Shown here one piece after another: positions 50,624 to 62,692 of a DNA stretch of 64,000 nucleotides (positions are counted from its first letter, which is position 1; each line of letters opens with the position of its first letter). A program made the position numbers and the translations under genes. The notes beneath the pieces were generated by a model. It was not told the origin of the DNA. It searched no databases and saw only the letters and a list, made by a program, of their open reading frames with translations. This DNA is from Podarcis erhardii (Eukaryota): NCBI GenBank assembly GCA_964252035.1, contig OZ176202.1. The stretch is one strand, 5' to 3'.

Positions 50624-51601
50624 CTGCAAAACCAAACAGCCTTCATGGAGTAAATTAGTTATGCACGTAAGTATTTAGCTTTTCATACATTGGCAAATCA
50701 TGACGAGCATGCTTAAAGCAACTTAAAATAAACCACTCACTCTTGAAAAGAAACCCTCGCTTCTTTTCATAGTCCCACATAAAATTAACACATTTATTTT
50801 CTTTTTGCATGCTGATGATTTTGATGCAGTGAGAGCAGCACTGCAGGAATGTCCAAACACACACACACAAGTTGCGGAGCGGTCAAACAAGAGTATATTG
50901 TCACAGAAAAACGCACACACACCACACCCCTCTTTTGCTGTGTGTGTGCCAAAAGAACTGCAGAAAATGCACATGCACATAGAAGAGAGGAGCGGTGCAA
51001 TAAGAAAAGATTGCCACAGCAAGCCACGCACACATTAAGGAAGAAGCGGTGGTCCTGAAAGACACACTATTTGGATACAGATTGTTCCAGGAAAAGAAAA
51101 CACACACAGAGTGAGGGAACAGGGGAGCACCCATTGCAAGGCACCACTGATAAGAGGAAGGCCCCCCCCCAAAAAAATGGGCAAGCAGGCTGCTAGAACA
51201 ACAGTAAAAACAAGCCTCCCTTAGACAAACACGAAAAGAACTTCAGTATCTTTTCAGTGTGGCCTGTCTTTATGTTATGTTATGTTTATTTTCTTCATTC
51301 CAGGCTACCCTGTCCTCAGTGTTGGCTGAATTAAGTTGCTTGGTTGGGAAAGGTGACCAGAGGGGGGGGGAGGTTTCTTCTTTGCTCCAGGAGCAGCTGT
51401 CTTCTCTTCATAGGTTTGTGGAGCTAAAGGGGAGGCTGTGCTGAGGAGGGATAGGTGAACGGGTGGAGAAGGCTGGCTATGTTAGGGGTAGAGTCTGAGA
51501 GACCCCCCTCTGCTTGCGAGCAACAGTCCTCACTTGACGCCTTGGTCACTTCCTTGCAGCTTGGAAGCTGGCAGATTAAGAAGAAAATGCACAATACTTA
51601 C

Positions 51602-51779
51602 GAGCTCCAAATATCTGAGTTAAAATGCTTTTCTGGTGGCTACAGTCAATGTTGTAAGGCGTCTCTCCAGCTTTATTGGGCCTGTAAAGCAGTCTGCCGT
51701 CTTTAGGATTTCTTAAAAGCAGCTCTGCAAGCCTACGGCTTCTCCCACGAATAGCAATATGAAGTGGGGTGTCTCCTTT
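51602..51779 (-). CDS. KIDINS220: KIDINS220 exon, last ankyrin repeat (KGDTPLHIA...QIFGA)
   Basis: 178 nt, phase 0-1. Confidence 0.98.
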
Positions 51780-52111
51780 CTGTAACAATAGCAAAAGAGA
51801 ATGGGCGAGGATATAGCTATTGTGGAGATCACTTACTTACTCAAAAGCTGCCCTGACAAGTAACCTTCACTGCCATCCCTTATCCCCCTAGAACAGGACC
51901 TTCCCTTAGTTTTTTCGCTCTCTAAATAACCCTTTAGGGTTAGGGTTAATTTTACTGAATCATTTACAAGCATGTGTAAAATCAGTTGTCTACCTCAATA
52001 TCATTTTCAACTGCCTTCATTTAATAGAGGACAATGTGCCCTAAACAGTTTGGTGAAAGCATTAAGGACAATAAATTAAAATAAATACAGTGGTTATCAA
52101 CTAGAGTTTAC

Positions 52112-52210
52112 CTTGTCTACAGCAGAAACTTTAGCTCCTTTGTCAAGCAGAAGCTCAACTATTTCAATATTTCTCATCTTGGTGGCCTTTATAAGAGGTG
52201 TTTCTCCATC
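52112..52210 (-). CDS. KIDINS220: KIDINS220 ankyrin exon ([11 protein letters not shown]...SAVDK)
   Basis: 99 nt, phase 0-0. Confidence 0.98.
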
Positions 52211-53339
52211 CTAAAAGCAAAAGTAAAATGGTGCTTTGTGAATGCCTTCAAAATAGACAGGCACAACAAGCCTTCTGGCAGCAATGAATTTTGAATTCTG
52301 GAACACCTGCATATTTTATGGCAAAAAAATTAAGTACCCACCTCCAGCCTAGAAGTTTGAGGTAATTTTAATTGTAACATAATTTTTTGTTTGCCCTTGG
52401 GGTCAAAACTGGTAGCCCATGTTGTTGATTTTCAAGGCAGATACTCAGTATTACATAATGAAGTTCAGTTATTCCTCAATACATTTACAGAGCAATCTTA
52501 ACTAGAGGAAACTGGTGTAACTTGGGCTGGCATAACTTTCACCAGCATACATTACTACTATTCTAAATTCTGTTTGGAAGCCTCTGTGAAGGTCTAGGAC
52601 TGGGCCCTAGGTTGCATGACCAAACTGAACAGGGCTTGGAATAGGTCTACATCTCTCCTTGCCGGGTCCAGTCCCACCCCTTTTTGGGGAGATTATGCTG
52701 GTGTAAGTAACACAGGCTTAAATTCTGCTGGCTGAGCCCTGGCCGAGCTGGGGCGAGGGATTTATTCTGGTGATCCAAGAAAGCCCAAGATCCTCTAAAT
52801 CCAAGCTGTCGTATCCAAGCAGATATTGGGTTTCGATTGTGCTGTTAAGCATCCCCTTGAACACAAATTTGGTGTGGTATTTTCCCCATGCTATGAATTA
52901 TTTCCTTTGTTGATGTTCTAGTTTGCAATGGTAGTTATTGCTAATTAATACAAAGTAAAGCATTTCCCATTAGACTTATTTATGGGAAAGTATCTCAGAA
53001 GGAAAATTAGCTTAAGTATGTGCATATAACCTCTGCTCAAAATGCATTTCAGTTAAAGATATTGATTTTCTATTTTTTTAAAGGTGATGGGAAATGCTGG
53101 TGATATATATTTTTAATGTGCTCCACAGGCTTTCTGAACATAGTTTTAAAAGGAAATTTCAAGCACAGAAAAGCAAATATGAACAAACTAGAATTGTACT
53201 CAAGTATTCTCGCCTCCCATTTAGTGAAGACAACATTTTTAACAAAAATGCCATATTCAGCAACACAGGGAAGAGCGAAAAAGCACTGTTGCAAAATAAA
53301 CCAATCTCAAAGATCAAAGCCATTGCATGATATATTTAC

Positions 53340-53438
53340 CTTTGTACATATTTCAGTGTCTGGGTTGCACTGCAAGATATCTCTAACCATGGTAGCATTT
53401 CCTTTCTCAACAGCCCAGTATAAAGCAGTTTTATTATC
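53340..53438 (-). CDS. KIDINS220: KIDINS220 ankyrin exon ([12 protein letters not shown]...EICTK)
   Basis: 99 nt, phase 0-0. Confidence 0.98.
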
Positions 53439-54581
53439 CTACAAATAAACAACATATTTGAAAAGCACATTAAATGCAGTCAAACTAACTTCACAAACCA
53501 CGTATTATGCAGGTTATATTCAACACTATATAGCAAAGTGATAAAATTCAGAATGGAAAAAGGAAACTGCCATTGGGTTTTTGTTTTGTTTTTTAAATGT
53601 AATGTAAGTTACATATCAGTGTTTGGATAAAATTAGGATTATAGTATTTCAAAAAAAATCTTCAACACATGGCATTCAGAAACCACTTCACAAAAAGCTG
53701 GCATAAACGATATATTTAATTGAAAGGGATGGAGAATCTTCTCTAAACACTATATCACAACCAAATCTAGAAATCTAGGGTGTGTCTTAGGAAGAAGAAT
53801 CTTCTGCTGGTATTTGCTTTTAGGAACAGTACTGGATGTACAATGAATTGCCTAAGATTTCCGTATTTATTTATTTATTTATTTAAAAAAGTAACTCAGC
53901 GTCATCATATCAACAAAGCAACTACAATGTGTACTGCATCACCTCTGAACTGTAGCTTCAGGAAACTCCTTGCAACAGATGTACTTAAGAAATATTTTTA
54001 CTACAGTGAAAAGCTGAAATATTCTGATTTCGCAGTCCAGCCTGACAGTTCATTATGCACTCAGCATCAGCTGCTGTTCTGATACACTGACAAATAGCAG
54101 CTACTGTCAGAAGCTGTACTGAGCACCTGTCATTTTGCAGGCTTCTGAGCTCTCAATTCGATCCCCCTTCCATGACTAAAAGCAACAGCAGATTTTTGGT
54201 TAACCAGTTTATATAAAGATGGTAGGCAAGTGCTTCATGACTCACTGAATTAGACTCACTAGCATGTGCCTAAAACTAAGCTGGATGCAATGCTCCCAAG
54301 CAGCAGAATAGGGCACGGATGTTCTTTATGATCAAAACAAATATACCTACTTTACACATATCTTAAGAGACAGTAAGTATAGAATGCCAAGGAACAAAAT
54401 GTTTGTCTTTATGTGTTGTGTTAAAGTGCACCGTTCTTTCCAGTTGCAAATACAGTAGGAAATCAAGTGTTTTTCAAGATGCCATCTAGAAATGTGCTTC
54501 CTGTTTCCAAGGGATGCTTTTGGAAATGATATATTAACAAGAGCATTTTTCAAAATCCCGAACTCACGCAGAATTACTTAC

Positions 54582-54680
54582 CTGCCCTCTAATGTCTATA
54601 TCTGCATACTTATGAAGCAAGGCTCTCACAATTTCAACATGACCACCTCGGACAGCCCCAATCAGCACAGTATCTCCACT
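54582..54680 (-). CDS. KIDINS220: KIDINS220 ankyrin exon ([12 protein letters not shown]...DIRGQ)
   Basis: 99 nt, phase 0-0. Confidence 0.98.
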
Positions 54681-54729
54681 CTGCAATGAGGACAGAACAC
54701 AGTCAAATGTCTTAAAGCACTTCCAAAAT

Positions 54730-54979
54730 AGAAGAAGAAGAAGAGTTTGGATTGGATATCCCGCCTTTCACTCCCTTTAAGGAGTCTCAAAGCGGCTAAC
54801 ATTCTCCTTTCCCTTCCTCCCCCACAACAAACACTCTGTGAAGTGAGTGAGGCTGAGACACTTCAGAGAAGTGTGACTGGCCCAAGGTCACCCAGCAGCT
54901 GCATGTGGAGGAGCAGAGACGCGAACCCGGTTCCCCAGATTACGAGACTACCGCTCTTAACCACGACACCACACTAGCT
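54730..54979 (-). mobile_element. tRNA-derived SINE with (TTC)n tail
   Basis: Pol III A-box-like TGGTGTCGTGG and B-box-like GGTTCGCGTCT at the 5' end, L2-like 3' part GCCGCTTTGAGACTCC, simple-repeat tail. Confidence 0.8.
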
Positions 54980-55049
54980 TTTTATACTTTGTTATAAGTA
55001 TTAAAAAAATAATGAATGTATATATACACATTATCAAACCCTTACTTAC

Positions 55050-55247
55050 CCTGTCAGGAATATTCACGTAGGTTCCTGCATCTAAGAGGTCCTGCACAAT
55101 TTCAGTATGTCCCTCCTTTGCGGCAATCATCAAAGCTGTGTTTCCATCTTTATCTGTTAAGTTGACATTTGGATTCCTTTTCAGGATTTCTTTTACTGAA
55201 TCTGTGAAACCACCTTTTACTGCTACTATAAGTGCAGTCATGGAATT
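55050..55247 (-). CDS. KIDINS220: KIDINS220 double-ankyrin exon ([13 protein letters not shown]...NIPDR)
   Basis: 198 nt, phase 0-0. Confidence 0.98.
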
Positions 55248-56122
55248 CTGGAGAGGGGAAGAGGTAGAAAACACACAATATATTAGTGGCAGTATGAGAC
55301 TAACTGGTCAATACAGGAGGAAATTTTTTCCTCCACTTCTGAAGTTCATCTTATTTCAGTAGCATTAACTTCAAACACACCATTACATTCCACTATTACT
55401 TTTACACCAAAAGCAATTCTACATTTTCAGGTAACAGCAACAAGGGAAAATCCCCCAGAAAATCTGCACCCCAGATTTTATATTCACAGACCTTAGAATC
55501 CAATACAATAGGTTTCTTTCAAGCCCAATAGCAGCACAACAAATGGGTTTCTGGCATGGGCACCACAGCTCAGGAGATAAGGGTTAATTATTTTCTCCTC
55601 AACTATGACTCCTTCCTGAAATTGCAAAATAATAGCTAATGAAAGACTTTTTAAAATCCTAACTGTATGGTTTGAGAATTTACTGTGATTGTCAGAGCTG
55701 TAGAGGAAAATGTCTCCACATCACAATTAAGCCTAGAGCTGTGAAATTGAGGGCCACCATCTGAGTGACAGACTTGTTCATCTGACGGACCTCCTTTTGC
55801 CTGCTCTTTTCTTCTTTTTCTTCTTATTTTTATTTTTAATTCTTGTATAGCTGTGGCCTGTTGGCTTTGCTAATAAAGTTTTGATCTGATCCCACAATTA
55901 AGCCTGAAGAAAGCCCTCAGTTGGGCAGGAGAAGGGTGGTATGGTCATCAGGGTAGTCCTCAGTGGGCACATGTGTGTGTTCGGATTCCAGGCTGGCAAC
56001 TCCAGCACTAAACCATCTGGACTAACAGACATCATGATCCCATCTTCTTTAAACACTATCTACTGCTTTATTATTAGAATAATATTTAGACTAATCAGAT
56101 CCCATTTTTTTTAAGTACTCAC

Positions 56123-56221
56123 AGCTCCTTCTTGATCAACATCCGCTCCCATATGCAGCAAATACTTCACACATTCCAGATGACCTTTTCTTGCAGCCCA
56201 GATCAGTGGAGTAGTGCCATA
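56123..56221 (-). CDS. KIDINS220: KIDINS220 ankyrin exon ([13 protein letters not shown]...DQEGA)
   Basis: 99 nt, phase 0-0. Confidence 0.98.
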
Positions 56222-56805
56222 CTGTAGAATATATTTTGAACATATGAGACACATTCCAGCTTTGTTTTGAAAGCAGAACAACTCCCTCAGTTTGTGAGTG
56301 GGCAGGAGAAGAAAGGTGTCAAGTAAGTAGGCAGAATTTCAAGCGGAAGACATGAAAATAACATTTTAGGATAATACCAGAACATAACAGAAGACCTCAC
56401 TAATACAGAAATGTGAAAAGGAAGTTAAAAGAGTTACTAAGTTGGCAACATTCCCAAAGTGGTCCAGGGAGACAGATCAATGGTAAGAGGGAAAAGGCAA
56501 AGTATAGGTATGGTAGAGCTGAGAAGTGCTATTGGCATATATTGTGGACTCAGAGTGAGGTAAAATCACAGCTAATTCAATAATCATACGTGGTCAAAGA
56601 GAGGGTGGGAATATCATGAAAGATTATATAGTACACCTAGAGGTCAGCATCTACTAGTCCTTAGGAGGCCGTAACCAACAGTCTCACTCTAATAACAGTT
56701 TATGTACTATCATTGGGCAGAGTTTGGACAACATACAGCCTGTGAGCTCTTGTAAAGTCTTAAAAATTATTTCATTTGATATTTTAAATGTTTTAGTGAC
56801 TAGAA

Positions 56806-56942
56806 CAGTATTCCCCAACCTGGTGCCTTCAAGTTCTTACTAGATTCCAACTCTCATCAGTCCCAGACACCATGACCAATGGTCAGGGACATGACAAGTT
56901 GTAGCCTAAAACCTATGGAGGGCACCAGACTGGAGAAGCCTG
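56806..56942. mobile_element. Degraded hAT-Charlie-like MITE
   Basis: Ends CAGTATTCCCCAACCTGG / ACTGGAGAAGCCTG; flanks GACTAGAA / CACTAGAG (6/8 match, CTAG core). Confidence 0.6.
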
Positions 56943-57040
56943 CACTAGAGCTGGAATACTGTTGAATGATTGCTCAGAGCACCCCAATGGATAGGTATGC
57001 ATAGGTAAGCATGCATAGGACTTCTGGCAAAGTCGGTTTA

Positions 57041-57467
57041 ATTGAAATTGAAATACTTTATTGTCACTTGTACAACTTGTATACAGTGAGATTGCACAAA
57101 CACCCCCCACGCAGCTCTCTTAGTCTTAATTCCCCTCGTTTACTGACGCACACCCACCAATCCCGAAAGTCAGTTGCCCTGTTGTTATCTTTTCATTCAG
57201 CAGCCTAACAGCCCACAGACAGAAGCTGCTCTTTACCCTGTTGGTGCGACTAATCATGCTTCTATATCTTCTGCCCGAGCGCAGGCGATCAAGTAAGTGC
57301 CGGCCAGGGTGTGAATCATCCCTGAGAATTTCCCTCACTCTCCTGAGGCAATGTTCTTCCGCTATTTCATCCAGCGGATTCAGGGGACAGCCCATAATAT
57401 CTTGTGCTGTATTCACCACCCTCTGTAGGCACTTCCTATCAGTTGATGTCAAACCAGTGCACCACAC
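57041..57467 (-). mobile_element. 5'-truncated Rex1/Babar-clade LINE
   Basis: Stop-free 57126-57467 WCTG..DRKCLQRVVNTAQ..DDSHPG..SGRRYRS..RTNRVKSSF..AVRLLN is the Rex1/Babar RT C-terminal signature; 3' end TGACAATAAAG + (TTTCAA)n tail. Confidence 0.85.
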
Positions 57468-57673
57468 TTCTAACTAAGTGTGGTACTAACTAACTAACTT
57501 AAAAAACTTCTAACTAAGAACATCCTCGTGAATTAAGATGAAGTCTAAACATAAATTCCTCTCAAATCCCATGAAGTGAAACAGAGCTTAGGATACTGTC
57601 TTAACATTCTTAACAATTTTAACTTATTAAGGTAACGAGGTAAGCTTTTACCGGAAAGAAAGAAAACTCCTAC

Positions 57674-57775
57674 CTTGTCAGAGCAGTTGACCTTGGCTCC
57701 ATGATGCAGTAAAAGTTGTACTATACGAGAGTGGCCTCGTCCTGCTGCCCAGATTATTGGATAGACACTGTATTG
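57674..57775 (-). CDS. KIDINS220: KIDINS220 ankyrin exon ([14 protein letters not shown]...NCSDK)
   Basis: 102 nt, phase 0-0. Confidence 0.98.
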
Positions 57776-58030
57776 CTTTGAGGAGAAAAGGTTTGAAAGT
57801 TGTAAGAATCCCAAGATTTAAAGGGCAACATCAAGCAGCGCCCAATGTGACTTCTCCTTCCCCTTCTCCTCCCCACACCCAACACAGCTCCCTGCAATCT
57901 GCAATGGAGGGATGGAGGACCTCTCAGAATAGATTGGGAGGGTGAAGAGAGAGGTAGGGGAAGTCCCACTGTATGAATGGAAGTATGTTCAGGCAAAGCT
58001 GGATTTCACCCAAGATACCTGATTCCTATA

Positions 58031-58271
58031 GAGTGGGACCTCTAGTTACAAATTTAATTTGTTCTGGAGGTCCGTTCTTAACCTGAAACTGTTCTTAACT
58101 AGAGGCGTGCTTTCGCTAATGGGGCCTCTTGCTGCCGTTGCGCCACCAGCACATGATTTCCGTTCTCATCCTGGGGCAAAGTTCTCAACTTGAGGTAACT
58201 CTTCCAGGTTAGCAGAGTTTGTAACCTGAAGCGTTTGTAACCTGAGGCGTTTGTAACTCGAGGTACCACTG
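58031..58271. mobile_element. Tigger/pogo-like MITE, more diverged subfamily
   Basis: TA-flanked; GAGTGGGACCTC / GAGGTACCACTG ends; same orientation as the 13959 copy. Confidence 0.85.
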
Positions 58272-58320
58272 TACAAACTTCTGACAAGAATAAGAATTAC
58301 AAAAATTCTATACTGCAATA

Positions 58321-58530
58321 CAGTGGTACCTCAGGTTACATACGCTTCAGGTTACAGACTCCAGAAATAGTACCTCGGGTTAAGAACTTTGCTTCAGGAT
58401 GAGAACAGAAATTGTGCGGCGGCGGCAGCAGGAGGCCCCATTAGCTAAAGTGGTGCTTCAGGTTAAGAACAGTTTCAGGTTAAGAACGGACCTCCGGAAC
58501 AAATTAAGTACTTAACCCGAGGTACCACTG
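58321..58530. mobile_element. Tigger/pogo-like MITE, inverted relative to its neighbour
   Basis: TA-flanked, CAGTGGTACCTC TIRs; reverse complement of the 13959 family. Confidence 0.9.
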
Positions 58531-58985
58531 TACTACCTAAATGTTAATAGTGAAAGCTCAATAAAGCATATAGCATTATAACTCGGTGGATAAAACTACT
58601 GAAAAAATAAAGTTATTCTTCTTTTGGAAGGACAAACAGTAAGACCAATTTCAAGCCTGACTGTGATATATACCCAAGAGCCTTGATTGAACCAGGAGAC
58701 TGATGCATGGAAGCAGGCTGTGGAGAAACAGCTGGAAACAGCTCCAATTCCCACACTCCACTAGCTCTGACACAGCTGTGTTTACACCCAGCTATGCCAG
58801 AGAGGATGAGGCTTGGCCTGAAGGTGCTGACTCCCCTGCCTACTGCATCCAACAGCTGGGACAGGGGAGGAAACATCAGCAGAGATAGCAGGACAGGCAG
58901 CGGCAGGAACAAAAGGAGCTTTGAGTACTAGCACCACCAACCTCAGAGGCAGCAGAGAAAGCTTAGGCAAGGTAGACTTAATATA

Positions 58986-59346
58986 AAGGTAAAGGGACCC
59001 CTGACCATGAGGTCCAGTCATGGATGACTCAGGGGTTGTGGCGCTCATCTTGCTTTACTGGCCGAGGGAGCCGGTGTTTGTCTGCAGACAGCTTCTGGGT
59101 CATGTGGCCAGCATGACTAAGCTGCTTCTGGCAATCCAGAGCAGCGTATGGAAACGCCATTTACCTTCCCGCTGGAGCGGTAACTATTTATCTACTTGCA
59201 CTCTGACGTGCTTTCAAACTGCTAGGTGGGCAGGAGCAGGGACTGAGCAACGGGAGCTCACCCCGTCGCGAGGATTTGAACTACCAACCTTCTGATCAGC
59301 AAGCCCTAGGCTCTGTGGTTTAACCCACAGCGCCACCCGCATTCCA
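58986..59346 (-). mobile_element. Full-length Sauria SINE
   Basis: GCGGGTGGCGCTGTGGGTTAAACCACAGAGCC head to CAGGGGTCCCTTTACCTTT tail; 13-bp TSD TAGACTTAATATA at 58973-58985 and 59347-59359. Confidence 0.95.
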
Positions 59347-59898
59347 TAGACTTAATATAGGAACTGATTTTTATCTGGTTTTTATCAGACTTAATATAGA
59401 AACTGATAAAAAGGAGGAATGTATGCAAAGTAGCAGCATAGCCCTGGACACTTGAGTGTCTCTGAGTAGAGAGAAATGTGTATGTAAAACACAGTGTAGA
59501 AATTAAAACTTTAATACTGAGCCTCAAAAGAGGCTGTATGTTGAGAAGAGACTCAGAATGCATCTACCAAAGGATTCAGAATCTCAGCAGGTCTCCTCAA
59601 AAAAATCTGAATAGACTTGGGACTCTGAAAAGATCCTTACATACTACTGCATCCTGCTTTAAAATAAGACACGGGATTTTGCTTGTGCAGTCAGTACTTA
59701 ATCTGTATTAGGATAAAAATCAAGGCACCACAGAACTAGCTGAATACATATTTTGGTACAGTTGTTATGTACATCCCATGCCATTTGTTGCATACAGTTA
59801 GTTGTGCATCAATAGAGATAAATCAGGGTCAATGTTTTATTTTTTTCAAAGTATTTCAGGTGGTTTAAAGGTGCTCCATGCAAAATGTTAAGTTTATA

Positions 59899-60167
59899 CA
59901 GTGGTGCCCCGCAAGACGAATGCCTCGCAAGACGAAAAACTCACTAGACAAAAGAGTTTTCCGTTTTTTGAGTCGTTCCGCAAGACGAATTTCCCTATGG
60001 GCTTGCTTCGCAAGACGAAACGTCTTGCGAGTTTGTTTCCTTTTTCTTAAAGCCACTAAGCCGTTAATAGCCGCTAAGCCGCTAATAGCTGTGCTTCGCA
60101 AGACGGAAAAACCGCAAGACGGAGAGACTTGCGGAACGGATTAATTTCGTCTTGCGAGGCACCACTG
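59899..60167. mobile_element. Tigger/pogo-like MITE (CAGTGGTGCC family)
   Basis: TA-flanked; TIRs CAGTGGTGCC(C/T)CGCAAGACGAA; eight CGCAAGACG motifs in both orientations. Confidence 0.88.
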
Positions 60168-60343
60168 TACAAATTATCAGTGAGTAGTCCTAGGCCAAAA
60201 AACTAAAAGGAGAACTTTAAATTCAACTTCTATTTGCTCAATATGCATCCAAACCACAAGCTAATAATGGCAAATTACTCTACCGCAGAATTCTTCCCCT
60301 ACTATCCCCACTGCAAATAGAAACAAAGATGGAAAAAACTTAC

Positions 60344-60442
60344 CAGGCCAGTGATGTTGGGGTTTGCTCCCCTTTCAAGAAGCAGTTCAGCTGCTTCAGT
60401 ACGGCCTTTGTAGCATGCCCACATAAGGGCGTTCCATCCACC
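60344..60442 (-). CDS. KIDINS220: KIDINS220 ankyrin exon ([13 protein letters not shown]...NITGL)
   Basis: 99 nt, phase 0-0. Confidence 0.98.
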
Positions 60443-61079
60443 CTAACACAGGAAATCAATACATGGACCATTTTAAAATCTATTTTCAGCATTTGCATAA
60501 AATATTATGTTTCACAATTGTTAGCCCAGTTCTCTGGTGCAAACAACTTGCTACTGAGCAATGAAATCAAGGAGTATTAATCCATCTAAACTACTTTTAG
60601 CTGAAAATTCCTATTATATGCTCTAGTTCAGGGGTGTGGAAACGGTGTCCCTCCAGATGTGGCTAGACTCTCAGCAGCACTCCAGACATTGTTGGATTAC
60701 AACTCCCATCATCCATAAGAATTTCAAAGGTTACCAGAATTTTGATAAATTTTCAAAAGAACAAACTCTGAAGCACCTGGTAGGATGGCGCTATGCTGCT
60801 CACCTGACCTCTCTCAGGATGAGTTGCTTCTGCATATTGGGAGGGGAAGCTGGGAGCATGGTCAGCACAGTGCAAATGCCAATCTGCTGTACTTGTTTAC
60901 ACCACACCAGCCAGAGGGAGGTCTGGCGAGTGGCACAACCCAAGCATGCTGTCAGCTACTAGAAGTACAGATCTATCTGTGCTGCAACTTAATTAAAAAA
61001 AAGGCCTACACCATTTTGAAGGACTAAAATGTTATTTGTTTATTACACGCCCTTCACCCTAAGATCCCATATGCCATAC

Positions 61080-61178
61080 CATGTCTCGATGTTCCATGTT
61101 CACATTGCAATTAAGTAGCTCTGACACAATGGCAGCATGTCCCTCTTTAGCAGCTGAGATAAGAGCTGTCCAGTTATC
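61080..61178 (-). CDS. KIDINS220: KIDINS220 ankyrin exon ([13 protein letters not shown]...EHRDM)
   Basis: 99 nt, phase 0-0. Confidence 0.98.
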
Positions 61179-61612
61179 CTAAAGTGAGAAAAAGGAAAAA
61201 TTAACAGTCCAATAGCTAACTAAAACCACAGTTTATACCAGTTGAAGTGAAGTGACTATACCTTGAAGAAATAGACTTCTTATCCCAGGATAGGGAAGGA
61301 CAATGTGGTGCCCTTGAGATGTTGTAATATATATAGACTACAACTCCCATCATCTCAGAACATGGCTATGCTGGCTGAGATTGATGGGAACTATAGTCAG
61401 GAACATCTGGAGGGTACCATTTGGGTACCTGATTCATATGGGGTGCGGCAAGTGATAAAACACACACTCTTGTCTGGACCTGTCGTGCTTACAAGACTCC
61501 CAAGTCTAGCACATGAGAGGGATTAACAAGAGAATTACGTGGTCAAAATAGGACATGCAGCAGGAGGAGAGAATAATACAGCAAGGAATTAGATCACCCA
61601 TTCAATACTTAC

Positions 61613-61711
61613 TGCATCTTCCAAGTTGCAGTTGGCACCTTTCTTTATCAATTCTTGGACAATTTCTAAGTTGCCTTGCTCAGCAGCTAGCATTAACGGA
61701 GTCTGACCATT
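61613..61711 (-). CDS. KIDINS220: KIDINS220 first ankyrin exon in the window ([13 protein letters not shown]...NLEDA)
   Basis: 99 nt, phase 0-0; the upstream ATG exon was not found in the window. Confidence 0.98.
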
Positions 61712-62692
61712 CTGAAATTAAACGAAACATGCAATTACATTGTCAGAAACTAATAAATTGTACAGGTGGTCTTACAGGTAGATTCTTATACAAGAATGCT
61801 GCTAATGTTTTATGCGTTGCTTCACAATGGCACACAAAGTGTAATTTTTAAAGAAACAAACAGAAATTGTAGTACAACTCCTGAAAACATTATTAGAAAG
61901 ATGGGTCCATTGTTACAAGTTTTAGCAAACTGAAGGGGCACTGTTTACTGCTGCTTAATAAGCATCCTGCACTAATTATTTTCTTGTGTGTGTCCCCCCA
62001 TATTATACTGTAAATGTCTGTTTCATCCAAAAAGAATTTCTGATCAAACATTTATTTTCATAAAGGATTTTCGTTGTTGTTGCTATACTGCAATAGAACA
62101 CCACCCCGCCTTGAAATTATGGTGTTCTGATAGGTTTTTAAATCTACTTTTCCATGTGGGCACCTGATGGATTATTGACAAATTCATATGCATCACTTGG
62201 TATCTTTCCACCCACTGACAATCAGCTGAACACTGTGAAGTACCTCTACTTAAAAGTAGCATTTATGTGATGTTTGTTTCGCATATCCAAGTCCTCACAG
62301 TTGATGATTATAGAGTATGGACTATTGAGCAGCATGATTGCTTTAAATAAATAAAACCATTCTACATGGATTTTGAATTTCCTACAGGAAATAAATTTTG
62401 GTACAAAAGTGTACTTTCTGAAAACAAATGGAATGGGAAATAAAATGGATGCGTGTTTAGCCCTAATTATGCTGTTAAAGCGAACAGCATTGAAGAGAGG
62501 GAAATGGCTAAGGCTAAAACCCATCAACGGCAGGAATCTTTTTTTTTTTTTTCCTGTCAAGGGCTACACTTCCCCAAGGATAATCTGCCAGGGGCTGCAT
62601 GGTGGTAGTTATGTGAAACCAGAGCCAATTATGGGGGAAGCCAGAAACAAAAAGGTGTCCTTAATTAATTAATCCAGAATAATGAAAGCCCT

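Noticed and set aside
50800-51130. CA-rich tract with a loose GAGCGGT/AAGCGGT recurrence
   Set aside because: Irregular spacing and low complexity; no defined unit.
62243-62342. Possible KIDINS220 ATG exon
   Set aside because: Has AG/GT ends, but the peptide does not resemble MSVLISQ...DVDERNE and it contains a stop.
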